NCBI GenBank assembly: GCA_965240325.2
Contig: OZ251236.1
Coordinates: 1,302,001 to 1,366,000, forward strand
Source of the DNA: Rebecca billardiae RCC1528
Lineage: Eukaryota > Protista > Haptophyta
DNA: 64,000 bases
Direction of reading: 5' to 3'
The notes beneath the pieces were generated by a model. The model was not told the DNA's origin, did no database searches, and saw only the letters and a list, made by a program, of their open reading frames with translations. A program made the position numbers and the translations under genes. This document shows, in pieces, positions 12,201-23,674 of this stretch; the stretch's first letter is position 1, and every line of letters begins with the position of its first letter.

Positions 12201-15200
12201 CGGATCTCGGTCGAGGTGCTCTCGGTCGTCGCCGGCCAGTACCTCTCGATCCTCGACGGCATCCGCTCGAAGAAGACGGTGTTCACGTTCGAGGACGACG
12301 AGATCTCGCTGAACGCGACGGTGGGCGCGTTCATCACGATGAACCCGGGCTACGCCGGCCGCACCGAGCTGCCCGAGAACCTCAAGGCGCTCTTCCGGCC
12401 GTGCGCGATGGTCGTGCCCGACTTTGGCAACATCGCCGAGATCTCGCTCAACGCCGAGGGCTTCCTCGACGCCAAGGAGCTGGGGCACAAGTTCGTCACG
12501 CTGTTCGCGCTGTGCAAGGAGCTGCTCTCGAAGCAGCACCACTACGACTGGGGCCTGCGCGCGATGAAGGGCATCCTGCGCATCGCCGGCGGCCTCAAGC
12601 GCGCCGAGCCGGACAAGACGGAGCACCAGATCCTGATGCGCGCGCTGCGCGACGTCAACCTGCCCAAGTTCGTGCTCGCCGACTTCGGCATCTTCCTCGG
12701 GCTGATCAACGACCTGTTCCCGCGCGTCGAGTCGCCGGCGAAGACGGACCCCGACTTGCAGAAGGCGATCCGCGAGGTGATCGCCAAGCCCGACTCGGGG
12801 CTGCAGCCCGAGGAGATCTTCTGCACCAAGATCGGCAACCTGGCGGAGATGCTCGGCGTGCGCCACTGCTGCTTTGTGCTCGGCGCGGCCGGCGCGGCCA
12901 AGACCAAGCTGTGGGAGACGCTCGCGGCGACGTGGACGCACATGCAGGTGGGCGGCGGCGTGACGCTCTCGCAGGCGCTCAACCCCAAGGCCATCACCGT
13001 CGACGACCTGTACGGCTACATGCACCCCGTCACCAAGGAGCCGTTTGACGGCATCATCTCCAAGATGATGCGCGACTACTCGCGCATGGAGAACCAGCAG
13101 CCCAAGTGGATCATCCTCGACGGCGACATCGACGCGGAGTGGATCGAGTCGATGAACACGGTGATGGACGACAACAAGGTGCTCACGCTCGTCTCGAACG
13201 AGCGCATCCCGCTCACCGCGTCGATGCGCCTCATCTTCGAGATCTCGCACCTGCGCAACGCGTCGCCCGCGACCGTCTCGCGCGCGGGCGTGATCTTCCT
13301 CAACGAGTCCGACATCGGCTGGCGGCCGTTCGTCACGACGTGGGTGGAGACGATGGGCGACCAGAAGGTGGCGACCACGCTCGAGCAGCTCTTCGACCAG
13401 TACGTCGCGCCCACCCTCGACCACATCCGGCGCGAGAAGTGGAAGCACGTGACGCCGCTGATGGACTTTGCGATGGTGCAGACGCTGTGCAAGCTTCTTG
13501 AGGGTCTGCTCACCAAGGAGAACGCGCCGCCCGGCTCGGACAAGGAGGTGTACGAGGCGTACTTCCAGTTCGCCGCGATCTGGGCCTTCGGCGGCGGCTT
13601 CAACGTCGAGAAGGGCAACGACATGCGCAAGCAGTTCTCCGAGTACTGGCGGCACGAGTTCTCAAAGTCGGCGGTGCGCTTCCCGGACGACGGGCTCGTG
13701 TTCGACTACTTCATCTCGCCCACGGACAAGCGGCCGGCGCACTGGAACGACAAGATCGAGGACTACAAGCACGACCCGACGGGCAAGTTCTCGGACATCG
13801 TCGTGCCCACGCTCGACACGACGCGCATCGGCTTCCTCTCCAACATGCTCGTCAACCTCGGCAAGCCGATCATGCTCGTCGGCGGGCCGGGCACGGCCAA
13901 GACGTCGCTGCTGCAGCTGCTGCTCAACAACATGCCCGAGGAGACGTCGATGCACTTCAACATCAACTTCAACTCGTTCACCGGCGCTGAGTCGCTGCAG
14001 CCGATGCTCGAGCAGCCGCTCGAGAAGAAGACGGGCTCGAGCTTCGGCCCGCCCGGCACGAAGAAGCTGATCTACTTCATCGACGACTTCAACATGCCCG
14101 CGCCCGACAAGTACGGCACGCAGTCCGCGATCGAGCTCGCGCGGCAGCAGGTGGACTACGGCGGCTTCTACGACCTGAAGAAGCTGACGTTCAAGTCGAT
14201 CATCAACACCTCGTTCGTCGGCGCGATGAACCCGCTCGCCGGCTCCTTCTTCATCATCGACCGCATGCAGCGCCACTTTGCGACGTTTGCGTCGCCGCCG
14301 CCCGAGGCGGACGTGTGCCGCATGATCTACGGCAAGATCTTCGCGGGGCACTGCGAGCGCTTCTCCAACTCGGTGATGGAGAAGACGGAGGTGATCACCA
14401 ACGCGGCGGTCAACCTGCACCTCATGGTCGCCGACACATTCCTGCCCAACGCCGTCAAGTTCCACTACCAGTGGAACCTGCGCGAGCTGAACAACGTGTT
14501 CCAGGGCATGTGCAGCACCGTGCCCGAGGTCTTCACCTCGCCGCGCCTCTTCGCCAAGCTCTTCGTGCACGAGGCGACGCGCGTGTACTCGGACCGGCTG
14601 ATCTCGGCGGAGGACACGGACAAGTTCCGCGAGCTCGTGGGCAAGGCGGTGAAGGACATCGACTTCGTCAAGACGGAGGAGCTCGTGAACGAGCCCGTCT
14701 TCTTCGCCAACTTTGCGGGCGGCGGCGAGGAGAAGATCTACGCGCCGATCGAGACGTTCGACGACCTGTCGACGATCCTGACGAAGAAGCTGTACGAGTA
14801 CAACGAGGTGAACGCGACGATGGACCTGGTGCTCTTCAAGGACGCGATGGAGCACATCGTGCGCATCTCGCGCATCATCGACGCGCCGCGTGGCAATGCG
14901 ATGCTCGTCGGCGTCGGCGGCTCGGGCAAGCAGTCGCTCTCGCGGCTGTCCGCGTTCATCTCGGGGTACACGACGTTCCAGATCAAGCTGTCGCCGACGT
15001 ACGGCATCAACGACTTCAAGGCTGACCTGCTGCAGCTGTACACCAAGGTGGGCCTCAAGTCGGACAACATGGTCTTCCTCTTCACCGACCAGCAGATCTT
15101 CCGCGAGGAGGTGCTCGTCTACTTCAACAACTTCCTCTCGAGCGGCGTGATCCCCGACCTGTACAACGAGGAGGACAAGGACACGGCGATCAACGGGATC

Positions 15201-18200
15201 CGCTCGGAGGTGAAGGCCGCGGGCCTGCTCGACTCGCGCGAGAACTGCTGGGCGTACTTCATCGACAAGGTGCGCGCCAACCTGCACGTGATCATGTGCA
15301 TGTCGCCGGTCGGCGACGCGTTCCGCGTGCGCTGCCGCAAGTTCCCGTCGCTCACTGGCTGCACGACGATCGACTGGTTCATGGGCTGGCCGCAAGAGGC
15401 GCTCATCTCGGTCGCCGCGCGCTTCCTCGAGGACGTCGAGATGGAGACGCCCGAGCACCGCGTCGCCGCGGGCCAGCACATGGCGTTTGTGCACGAGTCG
15501 GTCGGGCTGTCCGCGCAGCAGTACAAGGCGTCCGAGCGGCGCAACGTGTACACCACGCCCAAGTCGTACCTCGAGCTGATCGCGCTGTACAAGCTGATGC
15601 TCTCGATCGAGCGCGAGCGCGTCAACATGCAGACCTCGCGCCTCGAGACCGGGCTGGTCAAGCTGCGCGAGTCGTCGGAGCAGGTGGCGGACATGCAGAT
15701 CAAGCTCAAGGAGGAGTCGGCGGTCGTCGAGCAGAAGTCCAAGGAGACGGACGAGCTGATCGTGCAGGTGGGGCAGGAGTCGAACATCGCCGCCGACGAG
15801 TCGGAGAAGGCCGCGGTGGAGGAGGACAAGGTCTCCGAGATCCAGCGCGAGGTCTCCGAGTTCAAGGCGCAGTGCGAGGCCGACCTCGCCGCGGCTGAGC
15901 CCGCGCTCAAGGCGGCGGAGGACGCGCTCAAGCTGCTCGACAAGAACTCGCTGACCGAGCTCAAGTCGCTGTCGACGCCGCCCGCGCCCGTGCTCAACGT
16001 GACCGCCGCGGTCGCGTACATGATCTCGACGCCGGGCACCAACCTGAAGAAGGTGGACGTGTCGTGGAACGGCGCCAAGAAGATGATGGGCTCGCCCGAG
16101 CAGTTCTTGCAGATGCTGCTCAACTTCGACAAGGACAACCTGTGGATCGAGGCGAAGGACAACTGGGTGCGCAAGTACACCGGCCCGCCCGGCGCGCCCA
16201 ACCCCGAGTTCAACTACGACTTCATGGCGACCAAGTCGAAGGCGGCCGCCGGGCTGTGCGCGTGGGTCGTCAACATCTGCATCTACCACGACATCTTCCT
16301 CGACGTCGAGCCCAAGCGCAACAAGCTGGCCGAGGCGGAGAAGAAGCTCAAGGACGCGGACGACAAGCTGGGCACGGTGCGGCGGCAGGTGCAGGCGCTC
16401 ACCGACAAGTGCGCCGAGCTGCAGCAGCAGCTCTCCGACGCGACCGACGAGAAGAACCGGCTGCAGGAGAAGGCGCACCAGACGGCCAAGCGGCTCAACC
16501 TCGCCGAGCGGCTCGTGAACGGGCTCAAGGACGAGGGCGTGCGCTGGACGGACGGCGTGGGCGACCTCAAGTCGCGGCTCTCGCGGCTGGTGGGCGACGT
16601 GCTCGTCACCGCCTCGTTCATCGCGTACATCGGCCCGTTCAACATGACCTTCCGCCAGACGATGATCAAGGAGCAGTGGATCCCCGACCTGCTCGCGCGC
16701 GGGCTGCCCGCGTCCGAGGTGATCACGCCCGTCAAGCTGCTCACCGACGAGGCGCGCGTCGCGGTGTGGAACTCGGAGGGGCTGCCCGCCGACGCGCTCT
16801 CGATCGAGAACGGCTGCATCATCTCCACCTGCGCGCGCTGGCCGCTCATCATCGACCCGCAGCTGCAGGGCGTCACGTGGATCAAGCAGAAGGAGGAGAA
16901 GAACGGGCTGGTCTCGGTCGAGCTCTCGTCCAAGGGGTACGTCGACAAGGTGATCCGCGCGATGCAGGAGGGGCTGCCGATCCTGCTCGAGAACATCGGC
17001 GAGCAGATCGACGCGGTGCTCGAGCCGGTGATCGCGCGCTCGTTCATCAAGAAGGGGCGCAAGCTGCTCGTCAAGATCGGCGACTCCGAGCTGGACGTGA
17101 TGTCGAAGAAGGACGAGGACGGCCAGCCGACCGACCAGCCCGCCTTCAAGATGTACATCCAGACCAAGCTGCCCAACCCGCACTACATCCCGGAGATCCA
17201 GGCGCAGACGACGGTGATCAACTTCACCGTCACCGAGCGCGGCCTCGAGGACCAGCTGCTCAACGTCGTCGTCAAGAAGGAGCGGCCCGACCTCGAGGAG
17301 CAGCGGATGGCGCTGGTCGAGCAGCAGAACCAGTTCACCATCAAGCTCAAGGAGCTCGAGGACGACCTGCTGTACCGGCTGGCGACGGCGGAGGGCGACA
17401 TCCTGGCGGACGAGGAGCTGATCATCTCGCTCGAGAACACCAAGGTCACCGTGACCGAGATCAACGTCAAGGTGAAGGAGGGCAGGGAGACGGAGGTGCA
17501 GATCAACGTGGCGCGCGAGGCGTACCGCCCGACCGCGGCGCGCGGCTCGGTCATCTACTTTTTGATCAACCAGCTGAACGTGATCGACCACATGTACCAG
17601 TTCTCGCTCGGCGCGTTCAACTACATCTTCTCCAAGGCGCTCGACAAGGCCGACCCCACCGAGGACGGCCTCAAGGCGCGGTGCGAGAACCTGCTCGACT
17701 CGGTGACGTACACGTGCTTCTCGTACGTGACGCGCGGCCTCTTCGAGCGCCACCGGCTCATCTTCTCGTGCCTGCTCACGATCAAGATCCTGCAGGCGGC
17801 GGGCGAGCTGGCGATGGAGGACGTGGACCAGCTCATCAAGGCGCCCAAGATCTTCGACCGCGAGAACCCGTGCTCCGCGTGGCTGCAGGACGCGGCGTGG
17901 TTCTCGGTGGTCGCGCTCGCGCAGCTCGAGTCGTTCACCACGCTGCCGCAGGACGTCGAGGGCTCGTGGAAGCGGTGGAAGGAGTGGATCGAGTCGGAGC
18001 AGCCGGAGAAGGTGCCGCTGCCGCAGGAGTGGAAGCGGCTGGGCGGCTTCCAGCGGCTGCAGGTCATCCGCGCCGTGCGGCCCGACCGCATGATGCTCGC
18101 GATCGCGCTGTGGGTGCGCGACGCGATCGGCAACAAGTACGTCGACGCGATCCCCTTTGACCTCAAGGTCTCGTTCGAGGACTCGGGGCCGTCGGTGCCG

Positions 18201-20279
18201 ATCTTCTTCCTGCTCTCGCCCGGCGTCGACCCCGTCGTGCCCGTGCGCGCGCTCGGGCACACGCTCGGCATGACCGAGGAGGAGGGCAAGTTCGTCACCG
18301 TCTCGCTCGGCCAGGGGCAGGAGCCGGTCGCCGAGAAGGCGCTCGACCGCATGTACGTCGACGGCGGCTGGGCGATGCTGCAGAACATCGAGCTGGTGGC
18401 GCGCTGGCTGCCCAAGCTCGAGAAGAAGCTCGAGTCGCTCGCCGAGGGCGCGCACCCCGACTTCCGCGTCTTCCTCTCCGCGCTGCCGCAGCAGGTCGTG
18501 CCCGTGCCCATCCTGCAGAACTCGATCAAGCTGACCAACGAGCCGCCGTCCGGGCTCAAGGCCAACATGCTGCGCGCGTACCTCACCTTCAACAACGACC
18601 TGTGGGACTCGAGCTCGAAGCAGTCGGAGCTCAAGTCGATCGTCTTCGCGCTCTGCTTCTTCCACTCCGTCGTGTGCGAGCGGCGCAAGTTCGGCCCGAT
18701 CGGCTGGAACCGCGCGTACCCGTTCAACCAGGGCGACCTGACGGTGTGCATCAAGGTGGCGTACAACTACCTCGAGGCGAACGCAAAGATCCCGTGGGAC
18801 GACCTGCAGTACATCTTCGGCGAGATCATGTACGGCGGGCACATCACGGACAACTGGGACCGCAGGCTGTGCATGGCGTACCTCTCGACGTACATCAAGA
18901 ACGAGCTCAACGAGGGGCTCGAGCTCTTCCCCGGCTTTGCGACGCCCGGCCCGATGGGGCACAAGGACTACATGGAGTACGTGGGCGAGGGGCTCGACCA
19001 GGAGATCCCCGCGGCGTACGGGCTGCACCCCAACTCGGAGATCAACTTCATGACGAAGCAGGCCGACGACCTCTTCAAGGCGGTCGCCGAGCTGCAGCCG
19101 CGCGGCGGCGGCGGCGCGGGCGGGATGACGATGCAGGACAAGGTGAAGCGGCTGCTCGACGACATCCTCGAGCGGCTCCCCGAGCAGTTCTCGCTGATGG
19201 AGATCGAGGAGCGCATCGACGAGCGCACGCCGTACACGTCGGTGTTCCTGCAGGAGGTCGACCGCATGAGCCAGCTCATCTACGAGATGCGCCGCTCGCT
19301 CGTCGAGCTCGACAAGGGCCTGAAGGGCGACCTCTCGATGACGGAGCGCATGGAGACGCTCATGAACGCGCTCTACGACGACAAGGTGCCCGAGAGCTGG
19401 GACAACCTCGCCTACCCCTCGCTGCGACCACTCGGCTCGTGGCTGGCGGATATGCTCGCCCGGTACGCGCGCCGCGCCCCGCGTTCGCCGCGCCCCGCGC
19501 GCGCCCCGCGCGCGCCCCGCGCGCGCCCCGCGCGCGCCCCGCGCCCGGCGCGCGCCCCGCGCCCCGCGCCGCGCGCGCGCGCCTGCCGCTCAGCACCGCT
19601 CGACGCGACACCGCGGCGCCGGCCCTCGTCCCGCCCCGCAGGTACAAGCAAATCGCAGACTGGACGGGCGACCTCACGACGCCAAAGTCCACGTGGATCT
19701 CGGGGCTGTTCAACCCGCAGGCGTTCCTGACCGCGGTGATGCAGGTGACCGCGCGCAAAAACGAGTGGCCGCTGGACAATCTCGAGATCGTCGTCGAGGT
19801 GTCCAAGAAGATGACGGCCGAGGAGATCGACGCACCCACGCGCGACGGCGCCTACATCCACGGGCTGTTCGCCGAGGGCGCGAGGTGGGATATCAACGGC
19901 AACTCGCTCGACGACGCGTTCATGAAGCAGCTGTACCCGCCGCTGCCCGTCGTGCTCGTCAAGTCGGCCATGTCCTCGGTGCGCGCCGCGCGCGCGTCTG
20001 CCCGCCGCGCGCGCCGCGCACGTCCGGCCGCTTGCCGAGCGTCCCACCCGACCCGAGCGGGCGTCCGCACTCACACACGCCGCCGCCGCGCCGTGCCGCG
20101 CCCATCCGCCCAACTCGCCGCAGTCTACGAAGGAGACGAAGGACGTGTACAAGTGCCCTGTGTACAAGACGCAGTCGCGCGGCCCGACCTTTGTCTTCAC
20201 AGCTGGCTTGAGGACAAAAGCCCCACCGGCAAAGTGGGTGCTCGCGGGCCTCGCGCTGGTCATGGATGTCGTGGAGTGA
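6243..20279 (+). CDS. Outer-arm dynein heavy chain, beta type (ODA4/DNAH9-11-17 class), complete, 3 introns
   Basis: DHC_N1/N2 tail; AAA1 GPAGTGKTET; CFDEFNRI; ITMNPGYAGRTELPENLK; HYDWGLR; AAA4 GVGGSGKQ; stalk; C-terminus YKCPVYKTQSRGPTFVFTAGLRTKAPPAKWVLAGLALVMDVVE*. Introns are 8400-8573, 19463-19641 and 19979-20123, all GT-AG. Confidence 0.96.
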
Positions 20280-20934
20280 TGATGAGACATGAGTCGTGAT
20301 CACTATATATATATATTGCTGACTACTATACTGATAGCTTACCGGTATACAGTTTACTGCGCGCCCTTATCGTCCCCTGACGAGAAGGTTACATCCGCAC
20401 ACCTACTAGACGCTGATAGTAACACCTAGTACGACGCGGAGGATAATCAGATTCGTCACTGGAGACAACGAAACATCCGAAGGCCTCAAACCACACACAC
20501 ACAAATATATATATAATTTAATGTCAAAATATATAGAACACAAAATTAAAAACCAAAATAAAATTCACGCACCATTTACGCATGCCAACGGCATCATGAT
20601 CATTTTTATTACTATCTAAATTTTATTTTGATAGTAACATTGTTATTACTAACTAGTATAATGACGTTGTTACTGCTATAGTTAGTAGCATTGGTAGCTA
20701 TCTCGGTAGTGACACTGTCACTACTAAGCTAGATCTATACTTCAATCTATACTTGCTATAATACTATACTTCAATCCCGGTCAGTCATCTCAGACATTGA
20801 TAGATAGATATCCGACTCGAGTCGTCTCGGCGTCTGTCATTCTCTTGAAAGTTATTCTGGCGTCCGCCGGAACAGTCATCAGCATAGTCTAGCTGCTCTC
20901 TCTCTCTGTCTCTAGCTAAGCTGCTACTAGAATC

Positions 20935-20980
20935 ATTATCATCATCATCATCCATCATCATCATCATCATCATCATCATC
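20935..20980 (+). repeat. (ATC)n microsatellite within an AT-rich stretch
   Basis: atcatcatca tccatcatca tcatcatcat catcatcatc. Confidence 0.9.
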
Positions 20981-21084
20981 GTCGTCGTCTGAATAGTAAA
21001 GCTTGTTACAAAGTACGACTACTAAATATACTAACTTTAGCGTGTATCTGTGAAGTCCTGTCTAACTACCCGTTCGACCGCCTA

Positions 21085-21540
21085 TGCCCTATCCGGACGG
21101 GGCATCGAGCTCGAGCCAGGCCCGCATCCAGACCTGCGTGTAAAGTTGCAAAGTGTAAAGTAGGTCCGGGAGCCCAGCCGGACTTGTCCGGCCAGTCCGA
21201 CCGGACGCGTGCCAGCTGCCACCGGGCCCGGCACTCTCCGGCGCCTCCGCCCGGCGCCGGCCGGTCGCCGGGGCGCCGCGGCCGAGAGGCAGTGCAAAGT
21301 TGTAAAGTGTAAATTACATCCGGGAGCCAGGCCGGACCTATCCGGACAGCCGTCCGGCCACGCACGCGTGCGGGCTGTGCCGACGCGCCGCGCCGGCCGG
21401 CTGCCGGGCGCACGAGGGCGTGTATGACAGTGTGAAAAAGTAAATCCGGGCGCCTCCGGACGGGGCATCGCGCGCCGCGCAAGCTGCTTGGCCCAGCAAC
21501 CCCCCGTAAAAGTTGTAAAGTGTAAAGTAAGTCCGGGGCT
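21085..21540 (-). repeat. Diverged inverted copy (~2 dimeric units) of the CTTTACA satellite
   Basis: Four TGTAAAGTTGTAAAGTGTAAAGTA-like cores (~21139, 21293, 21421, 21506) with reverse-complemented spacers, e.g. ggtccgggagcccagccggacttgtccggccagtccgaccggacgc. Confidence 0.9.
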
Positions 21541-21584
21541 TTCGCGGGTCCAATCCGGGATCCCGCAGCCCGAGCGGCGGCGCG

Positions 21585-23100
21585 ATGTTCGCCGCCATGG
21601 TCGATGGTGTTCGCAAGCACGTTCAGAAGCCGCCCGCCCTCGACGACGCGATCTGCACGTGCGCGCGTTGGTCAGAGCACACGCGTGACGTGGGTGAGTC
21701 GGGGGACTACCCACTACGAAGCAAAGTAGAGCGTGAAGCAAGGTAGAGTGTGTTTCCGCGTGCGCGCTCGGGCAGCTCTGCTGTGACCCCTCGGCCACGT
21801 CGTGATGTGTGCGTCCGCGCGCACGGCCACGCCAGCGTGGCCAGTGCGCTTCCTCTTCAACGACACCAACGAGCTCGCCCTGGCGCACAACGTTGGCAGC
21901 AGCGCCGTGACTACACGGCTGCTGGTGGTGCGCGTGTCCGGTTGGCCACACCCTCGTGACTCTGCGGCTGCGCGCAGAAGCAGCGCCACCGGCGTGCTGC
22001 TGCCTGCCGGCATGCTGGTGGCGCCCGCGCCCGCGCCGCCGCCGCCATTTTGTGACCGTCCCACAGTGCGCCCCGCTGCATGCGCCTTGTGGCGCGCGTC
22101 CGGTTGGCCACAGCCTCGTGACTCTGCGGCTCTGCGGCTGCGCGCACAAGCAGCGCCACCGGCGTGCTGCCGCTGCCGGCATGCTGATGGCGCCCGCGCC
22201 CGCGCCGCCGCCGCCATTTTGTGACCTTCCCGCGCCGTGCGCCCCGCTGCATGCGCCGTCTGGGGCGCGTCCGGCTGACCGCAGCCTCGTGACTCTGCGG
22301 CTGCGCGCGCAAGCATCGCCACTGGCGTGCTGCCGCTGCTCGCATGCTGATGGCGCCCGCGCCCGCGCCGCCGCCGCCATTTTGTGACCTTCCCGCGCGG
22401 TGCGCCCCGCTGCATGCGCCGTCTGGGGCGCGTCCAGTTAGCCACAGCCTCGTGACTCTGCGTCTCTGCGGCTGCACGCGCATCTACCGCGGCGGGCTGC
22501 GCCTGCTGTTCACGGCCAAGGCGGACGGCGAACCCCGTACATCCCCGCCGCGGTCGTTGCCACCGCCGGCGACGGCGTCGTGCGCTGCGAGTGGCTTGCG
22601 CGCCTGCCCGCGTGGCACGCCCTCCGCACCCGCACTGTGCCCGCGGCTTGGCCCACACGCGTGCACAACGAGGCGGTCGAATGGGCAGCGCGTGCGTAGA
22701 CGGCACCTGCGCCGTCGGGTCAGCGCCGCCCGTGCGCCGGGCGTGCGCACCTTCCCGCCTCGCCAGCTGGCGCGCGAACCGCCCTCGCCGCGTGGCTAAA
22801 CGAGCAGCTCGGCTCGCGCGGCGCGGGCGAGCCGATCAGTGCGCGCCCGGCGGCGCCGGGCGCTGGCCGCCGATTACGCGCGTGTACGCGGGGCGCTCGC
22901 CGGGTCTACTCGCGACGTGCTCGACGGCGAGTCGATGGTGTGACTACAAGCGCAGTGAGCACTGGCGGCGGATTGTCTTCTACTTCGCCAAGCTAGACGG
23001 CATCGACCTCTGCTGCGTGGACGACGCGTGTGTCCACGCGCACGGCCGCGCAGGCGCAGCTGCCGTGCGCCTTCGTGGCTTCCTTTTGACGGTGCCGACG
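21585..23100 (+). pseudogene. Decayed archaeo-eukaryotic primase (PrimPol / NCLDV A468R-like) with a C-terminal UL52-type Zn finger
   Basis: Collinear fragments: TTH...GRV.F (from 21706); TPAWPVRFLFNDTNE (to 21873, at the motif-I position); IYRGGLRLLFTAK (22482-22520); PYIP after a frameshift (22535); STASRWCDYKRSEH...IVFYFAKLDGIDLCCVDDAC (22921-23031). Stops and frameshifts are present. Confidence 0.55.
21931..22478 (+). repeat. Tandem repeat, unit ~165-175 bp, ~3.3 copies
   Basis: Recurring cctcgtgactctgcggctgcgcgc...gcatgctgatggcgcccgcgcccgcgccgccgccgccattttgtgacc...gccccgctgcatgcgcc. A further degenerate piece lies near 23280-23340. Confidence 0.9.
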
Positions 23101-23674
23101 GGCTCGCCCCCTCACCACGCGTGGCCTGCGCGGCCGTGCAGCGCGGGCACGGTGGCTCGCGCGGCAAGGCGCCGGTTGCGCGCTCGCAGCAGTTTGCAGC
23201 CCTCCGGCGCGCGGCGTTTGCTGCAGCGCCGTGACCACGCGGCTGTGGGCCGCGCCACTGGTGCTGCTGGCCGCCGCGGCCATGCCGCCGCCGCCATGAT
23301 ACGACCTTTTCGCGCTGTGCGCCCCGCTACACACAGCATGCGTGGACGACCGCGCTGCGCCTCGCGCCAAATGGCGCCCAGCAATACGGATGCGCACTGC
23401 ACACTGCGTGCAGCGGGTTGAACGGCCCTGGCTGTGGCGTGCAACGTGCGCCGTAGAGGCGTGACTCGCCAGCCCGCGGCGGGCGTAGCGCGCGCACGCA
23501 CGGGCGAGCAGCACTACTGCGTGTTGCTCAGCCGCGCCCGCGCCGCGCCATCGGTAGGTGGTGGCGCCCTCGACCGGTATCGAATCGCCCTCCCTCACCT
23601 ACCTCCCTCGCCCGGGCGGGTCGATCGCGGGCGCCGGCATCGCGATCAAATCGCGTCCGGCCGCGTCGTCCCGC

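Noticed and set aside
6150-19028. Giant antisense ORFs (2501 and 1788 aa) and the 1126-aa off-frame ORF
   Set aside because: Shadow ORFs caused by near-total GC3 bias in the dynein gene; no domain motifs.
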